A DNA stretch of 64,000 bases, taken from Octopus vulgaris. Its lineage: Eukaryota. The translations under genes were made by a program, and so were the position numbers. This document shows positions 53,680-64,000 of the stretch, one piece after another; the first letter of the stretch is position 1; each line of letters opens with the position of its first letter. A model generated the notes under the pieces. The model worked only from the letters and a program-made list of their open reading frames with translations. It was not told the DNA's origin and made no database searches. The stretch is taken from the NCBI GenBank assembly GCA_951406725.2, contig OX597820.1, positions 54,560,001-54,624,000 on the forward strand, given 5' to 3'.

Positions 53680-53724
<45 letters not shown>

Positions 53725-53726
<2 letters not shown>

Positions 53727-54481
53727 GGTTGTTGTTTATCGGTTGTAACAGGAGATATTTGATTTGGTTCACAATATTATGATATGTTGTGGTCAATAGT
53801 TGTGACGATAAGAGTTTGTTGTTATAATGCCTTGTTGTTAATGCATACTGTAAGATGTGAGAGTTGGACAAAGTGCATTAAGTTTTGAGGAAATATTTAT
53901 TTACCGTTACGTTACCATACCTTACCTCGACGGGCAGGTTGATAAATCCAAAAGAATGCGAAAGTCAAGTTTGCAGCGGTAGAATGTTTCTTTACATAGT
54001 AATTCACAGATAGCGATAGAATGATGTTGTAAGAGAATAGAATTAGAGCTAGAGAGAAGTTTTGGGTGTTGTCTGACAGTAAACTTCATTTCTCCCTCTG
54101 ACCAAGGTTGGTCAGCCAGACCTCGTTGAGTCGTCACGATGTGACTGACTCTAGTCGAGTCGTCGCCCGGCTGGTGACTAACTGATTTTTGCTTGGGATG
54201 TGCTTGCTTATATTAAGATCCAGAAGGATAGATATATCGTTGAGAACAATAGATTTAGTTGGTGGTCTTGTTATCTATTCTAGCTTTTGGTGAAGTAGAA
54301 GAGGTTAGAAAGGGTCAAATGGTGAAGACATTATTTTGGCCTAGCTAAAGGCATCTGGAAAATGTAAAACTGCTGTCAGAGAAAAACCATTGTTCCATCG
54401 TGGGAAAAGATCTGTAGCAGTGTTGATTTAAATTTGGCTATGTTGGATCGAATCCACTTCATGCATGCAGGATTCGCTACT
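53725..54481 (-). mobile_element. Solo LTR-like element, second copy of the 41123-43141 family
   Basis: Shares long blocks (gaaatatttatttaccgttac, ttgagaacaat, ctattctagctttt, aaggcatctgg) with the mariner-interrupted copy. Confidence 0.65.
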
Positions 54482-54490
54482 TATATATAA

Positions 54491-54526
<36 letters not shown>

Positions 54527-55082
54527 TGTCTGTCTAAGAATGTGCGTGTGTGTGTGGTGTCTAGGTAGTGCATGCATACGTGTATCAGCATATGCGTGTT
54601 ACATTCTCAAAATGTTTAAGTTACTGTCAGAAATGGCAACTTTAAATTTCTTCCACAAACATCTAGAATTCAAAATATATCTTCGTCACCAACCCGAACT
54701 ATAAGTAAATCAGCATACCTACACATGTGTGCCTCTCAACGAATTTGTTTCCTTGTAACTTTCAGAAAAAATGTGTTTTCTTTTGTTGTTGCTTTTTTTC
54801 TTTCTTTCTTAATGAAATTTTTGTGAATTTTTTTTCGGTAGAGGTGGAAAGTTATTTCAGATAGTTAACACGAGTTAACTTTATTTCTTCATAACTTTCA
54901 CAAAAATATATATTTTCTACAAATGCCTTATTAGATGCTGTGGAGAACGATTACATCGGAATTTAATGTGAAATATAAAAAAAACATATGGTGGACGCGC
55001 ACGTGCACCAATGACATACAACACAAGTTGTCTCATTTTGTGCATAGAAATGTGATGTGTCACTATGTCCACACCCACCTTT

Positions 55083-55118
<36 letters not shown>

Positions 55119-55589
55119 CAAATTCCGATAAAATCGTAATCTACACCATCTGAAAGTTATCTGTTAAAAAAAATCAATTAAAAAATACCCATCTAGATAT
55201 GCCACCAAATTCTAGTCAAAGAGAGCTAGTGTGATAAGTGTGTGTGCGTGTATGACGAATTCTTCTCATCGTGAACGGCAAATGAGGGTTCAATAAAATA
55301 AAGCGGTAATCATGTTCTATGGACACGCATGTGTCTTTTTGAGGCCTGCTGGCATGTGGAACAGGTTAATGCATTTGTTTTGCAAGATTCTTGATATGAA
55401 ATCGTGCGTTGAAACAGACATTCTTTTTCTTATTTCAAAGGACACTAAAAAATACTGAAGTGAAGACCAAGTTTATAGTACGCGTTAATTGACAAAAGTA
55501 TGCCCATCCCCAAACATAACAATACGTGTGTGTGTGTGTGTGTGTGAGTGTGTGTGATGGTTATCTGCTTCTTGCAGAGCCTGACCTCT

Positions 55590-55800
55590 TTTTGAAACGA
55601 ATTGCTCTTTCCAGGCGTAAGATCAAAAGGACTTTTGAGTCACGAAAAGCGGTTTGAAAAGCTGATCACAAATACTGTAACAATGTCTCATTTCAGCTTG
55701 GGCTCCATTTTCCGCTTGTTTATTATGAAGGTTCAAGTGCCACTTCAATCCTCTGCATGACTTGCAGCTGTTCTGACAAACATAACATTGAAACATATCA
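55590..55800 (-). pseudogene. Decayed tandem C2H2 zinc-finger fragment (probably an RTE LINE C-terminus)
   Basis: Minus strand FQCYVCQNSCKSCRGLKWHLNLH, followed by a broken second finger (C.SICDQLFK). Confidence 0.5.
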
Positions 55801-57380
55801 ATCGGAATGAAATTTCAATAGTTCGTATGTGCAGAAACGTTAGCAAGCCGGGCGAAATGCTTAGCGATATTTGGTCTGTCGTTACGTTCTAAGTTCAAAT
55901 TCCATCGAAGTTGATTTTGCCTTTCATCCTTTTCGGGTCGATAAATTAAGTATCAGTTGCGTACTAGGGTCGGTCTAATCTACTGGCCCCCTCCACAAAA
56001 AATTCGGGCCTTGTACCTACAGTAGAAAAGAATATATTTGTATATAGTGAAAGTGTATACCCCTCCCGATAAAAAGTGGAAGAAGCTAGCCATTGTAAAT
56101 AGACTAGTAGCTGGTCGTCAAGAGAGTTGAGAGTTCTAGTCGGTGTCTTGTGGAGCTATCACCGATAATAAGACAGAAGTTAGTGCATTACTATTCCGAT
56201 ACAAAGAGATACAACGGTATCCGATGGCTAGTAACTATTGTGGCTACAAGCGTATTAAAGTACAGCGGCAGTCACACATCACACCAATTAGAGAAACTCA
56301 CTTTACAACAGAGGCGACGAAGAAAAACACATTTACGCGGAGTAAACTGATTTACGGGGAAAATTAAATAACTCGACAAAAAAAGAAACAAAAGTCTTGT
56401 TGTGCAAACTTACAAAAATCGTAAAATATGGAAGACTTGTTAGTTAACTAGGGTAGTCGAGTTGCAAAAACAACAAAGCAAGGAACAACGAGAACAACAA
56501 GGATTGCAGCAGCAAATTTTACAATTAATGAAGTTGATAACCAAACCAGAGAATACATTTTCGCCTGACTGTACTGTAAATTCAGTTACCGAATTCAAAT
56601 ATGACTCCTCCTCAAGAAGGAGGAACTTTCGAGGCTTAGTTTCGAAGATTTGAACAAGTTTTTGAAAAAGAATGTCATGATTGGACGGCCGAAATGAAAT
56701 CGCGTCTAGTTTACAGAAAACTAACGACAGCAGAGCATGAGCAGTCTAGTAACTTCATATTGCCAAAAAAAAAAAAAAAAAGCATCCGACATAAATTTCA
56801 CCGACACAGTTGACATTTTGTGCAAAATGTATAGTGAAGAGAGCTCACTATTTAATACTAGATGGAAATATTTAAACATAGAAAAGAGCGAAGATGAAGG
56901 CTTCACTACTTATACAGGCAGAGTCAACAAAGAATGTGAGAGATTTAGGCTGGGTATGCTTACTACAGATTCTTTCAAGTGTTTGATTTTCGTACAAGGG
57001 TTGACAGAAAAAAAGGGATGCAGAAATTCGAACGAAAATTCTAGCAAAACTAGAAATGGACCAGGATTTGACAATGCAGAAACTGTCGGAAGAGTGTGAT
57101 GTGATATTAAAATTACGGTATGACAAGGAAGAAATTCAACGGAAAGAATCTTTTTCACATAAGACAAGGGCAAAAAATTCGGAAGACAAATAAAGTGTTG
57201 AAGGAAAAACTGAAAAAAAATATCGGGATGTAGACCCATGTATGGCATATGGTGGGATGCACCTGAAAAAAGATTGTCCGTATAAAAAAGTGTTTTCGCT
57301 GCGGGTTTACATGACATATAAAATCGCACTACAAAACTATAATGATAGGAAAATGAAACAAACAAGAAAAAATAAATAGT

Positions 57381-57815
57381 TTGTCAGCAGGAAAAGTTGT
57401 GACTACAACAAACAGAAAATTCGTGAATGTGAAAATTGAAACCACTAGTGTCGGAATGCAATTAGACACGGGAAGTGACATCACAATCATTAATGAGAAA
57501 ACATGTGAACAAATGGGTAAACCAAAATTATGTAGTCCGAATAAAATAGTGTATCGTTTTAAGAGAAGAAATTTATATTTCACGGCTGAACGCGTTTGTA
57601 ATATAATGTTCAAAGGTCAAACCAAAAAAGTGAATGCTTATGTGTTGAAAAAATACATGAATTTATTTGACACCGAATGTATGGAGAAATTTAATTTATG
57701 GGATACACCTTTAAGCGTTTTGTACAATAACGTAAACGGGGCAGTTGAACGAGGTCGATGTGAACTGAGACAAAAAATAAAAGAAACTTTCCCAAAAGTT
57801 TTTCGGAAGTTTTAG
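57381..57815 (+). pseudogene. Retropepsin-like aspartic protease of the Gypsy element
   Basis: MQLDTGSDITIINE motif. Confidence 0.88.
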
Positions 57816-58239
57816 ACAGCTGCACAAAAACAAAAGCAAGAATTTCTTTCAAAGAAAATTCAACACCTATTGTCAGGCCCAAACGGAGCGTGCCGTTTGC
57901 AACGGTAGACCTGGTCAATAAAGAACTAGAAAGGTTGGAAAGTCTGAATATAATTGAAAAGATTGACCACGCACATTGGGCAGCACCGGCGGTCTACGTT
58001 GGGGCATAATGATGGTCTGTCTAGGTTAATTCCGAGAAATAACGAACTGATGGAGGGTACCGTAATAGCAACGCTAAGAGCAGACGCGGAAACAAAAAAA
58101 GGGATGTGGAACATCGTGCGTGAACTACCAGTAACTTTGGAAAAAAGAAAAAAGAAAAGCGAGAAATGACAAATTTATTAATCTGTGGTCGACAAAAGGA
58201 AATAAATAAAGGTCTGAAGCAAAGAACCGCCAAGATGTA

Positions 58240-58950
58240 AGCGTGTACTCTATATGTGATGGTGTATTAATGTACACTCAGACGGTGGTCATACCACAGA
58301 CATTACAGAAGAGAATACTAAAAGAGTTCTATGTGAGACACCCCAGACATCTCTAAAATGAAAGCGCTGATGCGAAATTTCATATACTGGCCAAGCATGG
58401 ACAAGGAAGTTGAAAACCTGGTAAAAGGCTGCAGAGGATGTGCGCTGGCGACGAAACTACCTACTGCAAAATGTGAACCTTGGCCGGAAGGGAAAATACC
58501 ATGGTCCCGATTGCATATCGATTGTGCAGGTCTGGTAAATGGATATTATTACTTACTAGTAGTGAACAGCTACACAAAACGGCCCGAGGTCGCGAGGTAT
58601 AAACGACTAACCTCATACACGGTAATAAACTTCTTACATGAGCTGTTCGCAAGATTTGGTGTACCGGATATAAATGTTTCGGATAACGGAACACAGTTTG
58701 TATCCTGTGAATTTAAAAGATTCTGCGAGATTCACGTTAGAACAAAACTATAGTACCATATCATTCTAGATCGAATGGAAGGGCTGGACATTTTTAATAG
58801 AGCTTTAAAGAAAGCTAATAAGGAAGCCACGGACGAGGTCACGATCCAACAATTCCTAAGTGTATACAGGGTAACTCCGAACCCAAATGGGCACAGAAGG
58901 AAGTTCACCAGCAGAATTAATGTTTGCCAGAAAGGTGAAGTCAGTATTCG
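58240..58950 (+). pseudogene. Gypsy integrase, disrupted
   Basis: MKALMRNFIYWPSMDKEVENLVKGCRGC, PWSRLHIDCAG, FARFGVPD..VSDNGTQF. Confidence 0.9.
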
Positions 58951-59478
58951 ATAAACTTACCAGTGAAGAAAAAAATACGTGCTAGTAAAGATATGCCAAA
59001 ATTCTTTAGAATCGGTGATAAAGTATACGTAAGAATGTACAAAAATGGCAAGCAATACTGGAAAGAAGGAGAAATTGAACATACATAGGAAGAATGATGT
59101 ATGGTGTAAGAAGCAGAATTGGAATGGAAAGGAGGCATAGAAATCAGCTTAAGTAAAAAGTCATAGAAAAGGAACCAACCAGAGTAGAAATACCAATGTA
59201 TTGGCTATATGACACTTTTCAGGTTCCAACACCGTTACAAGAAGTCGAAACCACATGTTCAAGGAAAAGGAAGAACACTAAGTTCCTAAAAGTAGACCCT
59301 AAGAAGAAAATATATTGAGTATATAAAAAAAGGTAGGGGTGAATAAAAGAAATTGATTGTTAAATAAAATAATTAAAAGGGGAGAAATGGTATAGTGAAA
59401 CTGTACACCCCTCCCGGTAGAAGCCAGCCATTATAAATAGACCAGTAACTGGTCGTCAAGTGAGGGGGTCGGGAGTCC

Positions 59479-59854
59479 TTGGACGTGATACCGTTAAAGG
59501 ACTGTCTTTTAGATAGCCCTCAAGCTATGGATAGCGAGTAATAAGACTTTTTATTGGAAAGACAATGCGTCAAGAATCCGATGTGGACCGTTGGAGAATA
59601 TACAGATTGGCGACTTGCAACGGTATGTTACATGTTAATTAATTGTTATGTAAATACCCGATAACAATGGACTGCAAGCAAGTTTAATGGTACTGCATGT
59701 GATGAGGGGCGCATGCAGTCATTCATAATCTCATTGTTATATAATCATCTCATTCATATTCGTTTTATGTATTGTCCCTTCTATGGTGTCCTGTCTGTTC
59801 TTGTTTGTCCCCCCTCTACTTTGAGCTCTTGTGGCTATAATAAAGAAAGAGAAA
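59479..59854 (+). mobile_element. 5'-truncated non-LTR retroposon 3' end inserted in the Gypsy 3' LTR
   Basis: 13-bp TSD gggtcgggagtcc (59466-78/59855-67); A-rich end taataaagaaagagaaa. Confidence 0.75.
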
Positions 59855-61956
59855 GGGTCGGGAGTCCAAGAGCTGAGAGTCGACAATTCTAGTCGGTGTC
59901 TTGTGGAGCTACCAGCGATAGTAAGACAGAAGAAGTTAGTGTATTACTATCCCTGTACGAAGAGGTATAATGGGATCAGATGACTAGTAACTATTGTGGC
60001 TACTAGCGTAAAACAGCAACTATAGTACAACAACAGTCACACATCACACCAATGGGAGGAACCCACTTTACAACAATATTCTAGCGCGATATTTTACAAT
60101 TGGGATGACTCATATATTTTATATCTCAAGAACGGACTTCAAGTACTTTAAAAGTAGGTCCAAGCTCGAGCTGCCAGAACCGCTAGCACATTGGGCAAAA
60201 TGCTTGACAGCATTTATTCTAGCTTTACGTTTTGAGTTCGAATTCTGCCCACGTTGACTTTACCTTTTTTTTATGCTTTTAAGGGCCGATAAAATAATAT
60301 CAGCTGAACACTGTGGTCGATGTAATCGACTTACCTGCTACCCCAATTTTTGAGGTTTTGTGCCTTAAGTAGGAAGACGTGGCTGTGTGGTAAGAAGCTG
60401 GTTTCCCCGACCACAAGGCTCCAGGTTCAGTTACATTGCAGGGCCACTTGGGTAAGTGTTTTCTACTATAGCCCCGGGTCGACCAACACCTGGTGAATGG
60501 ATTTCGCATACGGAAACTGAAAGAAACCCGTTACGTGTGTGTGTGTGTGTGTGTGTGTATTTCCCCCATCAACGCTTGACAACCAGTGTTGGTGCGGTTC
60601 GGTAAAAGAGATCGATAGAATAAGTACCAAGCTTACAAAAATAAAAGGTACAGTGGTTGATTCACTCGATTGAAAATCCTTTACGGCGGTACCCCAGCAT
60701 GGCCGCAATCTAATGACTGAGACAAATAAAAGATACCCTCTTTATTGTGCTTTTTTTTTTTCTAAATTTCTCCTAAGTTTCATTGTGTTGTATTCTAAGT
60801 TTCGCCAACTTTTAAGTATTCATGCGGTTGGTCTGCCCCAATTCTCTGCGTCAGATTTGATATTCAACGTTTTATTAAGTTGCTTCTTATAATAAATAGC
60901 TTTGATGCCATTCTTTTTTTTTTTTTTACGCCCATCCTCATTTTAATATCCTGGTTAAATTTATGAAAAACTTTTAAGTTTTCCAGCTATAGAAAATTGT
61001 GCAAAGTCATTGATATAAAGGAGGTAGTAGTAGCAGCAGGAGTAGTAGTAGTAGTAGTAGTAGTAAAATCCGGAACTGTGAGATTGAAAAGCAAGCTTCT
61101 TACCACAGAGCAACGCCTATGCTTGTTTAAATAGGTGAATTCTTCTTCGTTTCACTTCTAGAATACCAATTTCTGCAAATGTACCAATATTAGAAATAGG
61201 TAATATCACCATCATCAGTAGCAGCAGCAACCACAACCAGCACAACAACAGCAGCAGCAATAGCACTGTTGAATCAGCAAAGTTTCAGTCTTCGAGCCAT
61301 TTGTATCACATTCTTGGCAATATCATCTATCAATTATCCCAGGCCTTCTTTTAACTGCAGTTGTAACCTCATAAAATACAGTTTTCTTTTCATGTCAGAA
61401 TATGCAGAAGATATCGCAAGTAAAAGGTGTCAATAGAGGCCTAACACGAAGGCGAAAAGGGAAGGCAATCACCTCCGGAAGCAGCTATAAAGGGGCACAA
61501 AATTTCCTCAGTCCCATCCATTGCCCATTAAGGTGCAGGTACCAAAACTGCCTTTGCCGCTGGGTGCTGCGAACTCATTGCTACCCCTCTGGGTGTCAGC
61601 TGACCAATATGCCCACATATGTTCTGAATTGTTCTCATTAGTTATTGAGTCGCAATTACACTTCATAGGCCTGCCAGACTGTTGGATGTAACAGGAACTC
61701 TGTCAAAGCGATTCCTTTCTTTCCTTATTCCTTCCTTTCTTTCTTTCTTTCATTCTTTCTTTCTTTCCAAGGAGTCACTAAACCTGAGATCGTCACCAAG
61801 AATATGTTTCCCAGATGTCTTACTATAAATACACTATCCTGTAGTTTTTTACATTCTGGTATAAATTAACTTCTCTCCTACTATGAAGTCATAGCATTCC
61901 CTAGTGATTTAGTTAATAAACTTAATTCTTTAATTTCCTGTCCCAAAGTAAGAGAA

Positions 61957-62018
61957 ACTAGCTTAAATCACATTTAAGATTGTACTCTAGTACAATCTCA
62001 AGTGTGATTTAAGCTAGT
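61957..62018. repeat. 62-bp near-perfect palindrome
   Basis: 30-bp arms, 2-nt centre, 2 non-Watson-Crick positions; followed by a 16-bp tandem duplication. Confidence 0.9.
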
Positions 62019-63859
62019 ACAGAATTCATAATGTACAGAATTCATAATTTTTACGAAATATCAAATTGCTTTCGTTCTCACTGTTCGGCGGTGTACTTAG
62101 GGCCAGTTAAAAGATAACTATTGTATAATAAATATCTACGTAACAATAAACAAAAAATAAACGGAAGACTTAAGTACAAAATACACCAAGAATTATTATG
62201 CGGCCCATAATTATAAAGGTGCTATGTCTTTTCGTCCGGCGTCACATCGTCCAAAGTCACTTCGTGCAACATCACTTCGTCCACGTTTGCAGGCTGTTAC
62301 AAAATACACAATACTGGGTACACCAGAAACAGAATGGTTAGTTCCTTTAATATAACATAGCATGCAAGTACAGTAAGAGTGGTTAAGAAGTAGTGGTAAA
62401 GAAGAATGAGACTAGAAGGGCTCAAACAATTAAGCAGATCAATCGACTTTAGAGGGAGTAATTTAGATTGATCCTAGGTTATGTGCTATTATAGAGGTTA
62501 CTTAAAGTCTAGCAGACTCCTATCTCACCCGAATCGCTAACATTAAATATCATATTACACACTTTCACAAACTACATTCTTGCCCACAACAGCCAACTTT
62601 GTTGGTCATTTTCCCATTTCATATTTAGCCTCGACAGACCTCAGCCACGGTTTTTTGTAAAGAAGTAATGTTCTTATTCTTCTATTAAAAAATGCGTAAG
62701 ATACAGCTGTAATGACCTGACATTTATCCATTGTCTGTTATTCATTTGATTGTGTGTGTGTGTACATGTATGTATGTATGTATGTATGTATGTATGCGAG
62801 GTGTTTCTATACAGTTGCCTTCTCCCAAACCAATTCGGGAGGCTTTGGTTGACCCGGAGTTATAGTAGAAGACACTTGCTCAAGATTCCACGCAGTGAGA
62901 CTGAACCCGAAACCATGTGATTGCGAAGAAAACTTCTTACTTTATGGCCCTGCCTGCGTCGAGTTATAATTTTTGTTTGTTTTTTTTTCTGTAAGTGTCC
63001 AAAGACCATTACAATAATTCTTAATTCTGAAGGAATTATGGTCCAGAAAACAGAAAAAATATTTTTCACTCAAGTAAGAACTGGAAGGACTGAATAAAGA
63101 CCCTTCCAAATATAAACCTGACAGTGCTCATTTACAAGAGTTTTATGAAGTTACGTATGTGATATATGTTTAACTAGATAGAGACTAGTTAATTATCATG
63201 CTATTAAAGAATCACAGCTGGCTCAGACCACATAATGTTGGATTGTTGAGCGAAAAATCAATGGCTTGCAATTGTGTTTGCAATGGCTTGCAAACACAGT
63301 GTTGTGTGTGCTTGCCAAAGTTCACCAAGTTATAAATAGACTTCCTACAAAGGTAAAGTTTGCTGCTGAAACTAGGAAACTAGAAGAGACAATAGAAATG
63401 TTTCATTTATCTTGTGGTTTTGAGTTCAAATACAACCAGGAATATAGATTCGAGACAGGCGTACTAAGATTTTTGCGCGGTAAGAAATTTACCTCCTAAC
63501 CACATGGTTCCGAGTTCAGTCCTACAGTGTGACACCTTGGGCAAGTGTCTTCTACTATAGGCTCAGGATGACCTAAGCCATGTGGGTGGATTTGGTGTAC
63601 GAAAAGTGAAAGAATCCAGTCGTGTGTGTGTGTGAGTGTATGTGTGTGTGTATTTGTCTTTGTGTTTACGTTTGTCCCCTACTACTACTTGTCGGTTCGG
63701 CAAAAAAAAGACCAATAGAATAAGTACCTGACTTAAAAATAGTAAATACTGGTGTCGACTTGTTCTATTAAACCTTTCAAGGTGGTGCCCCAGCATGGCC
63801 ACAATCCAATAATTGAAACAAGTTATATAAAAAGGTAGTAAGTACTGGAGAGTATTGAA

Positions 63860-64000
63860 CAAGTCTGCTGCGCAATGTATCACCGCTGACCTCAGTCTTT
63901 TGTCATTTCCTCGGTAAAACCCTGTAATCTAAAATCTGACCTCATTTCTTCTTCGCATATCACTTTCAGTCCATCTCTTTCACACTTTTTCACCCAGAGC
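63860..64000 (-). mobile_element. RTE LINE 3' fragment, decayed
   Basis: Minus strand WVKKC...EEEMRSDFRLQGFTEEMTKD resembles the RTE C-terminal W...V..DL...L...M..DR..W pattern. Confidence 0.5.

Larger units (their letters stand above)
56039..60075 (+). mobile_element. Gypsy (Mag-like) LTR retrotransposon, decayed, RT/RNase H deleted
   Basis: LTRs 56039-56310 and 59388-60075; 5-bp TSD ATATT; PBS-like ggcgacga at ~56313; PPT 59376-87; gag with two zinc-knuckle remnants; protease LDTGSD; integrase YWP..C..C, LHID, VSDNGTQF. Confidence 0.93.

Noticed and set aside
63075-63160. Short open frame ELEGLNKDPSKYKPDSAHLQEFYEV ending at a GTATGT donor-like site
   Set aside because: Poor acceptor and no recognisable homology; cannot be supported without RNA data.

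Overview
This is an AT-rich, microsatellite-saturated eukaryotic window with no convincing host protein-coding exon. The SINE families and repeat landscape look like a coleoid cephalopod such as Octopus (inference, not proven). Nearly all interpretable sequence is mobile-element derived: several tRNA-headed SINE families; CR1-group, RTE, CRE and other LINE fragments; a 5'-truncated Penelope-like element (PLE) with a GIY-YIG domain; a near-intact mariner with perfect 34-bp TIRs; DD41D, mariner and hAT deletion derivatives; an RT-deleted Gypsy provirus; and three solo LTRs. The most notable signal is non-coding, a set of predicted self-cleaving RNAs. It comprises (i) a 353-bp-period, direct-repeat-bounded retrozyme-like unit with an intact minimal type I hammerhead (10568-11020); (ii) several fold-back elements at (TA)n tracts carrying hammerheads, in two cases in both polarities; (iii) the U3-A8 covariant hammerhead core in three unrelated contexts, one of them the coding PLE; and (iv) an HDV-like ribozyme fold at the 5' end of the RTE LINE. 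Also present are a SINE/LINE shared 3' stem-loop with compensatory changes and a compact double RFX X-box + CRE cluster (48671-48793). All structures and alignments were read by eye; no folding or database search was run.
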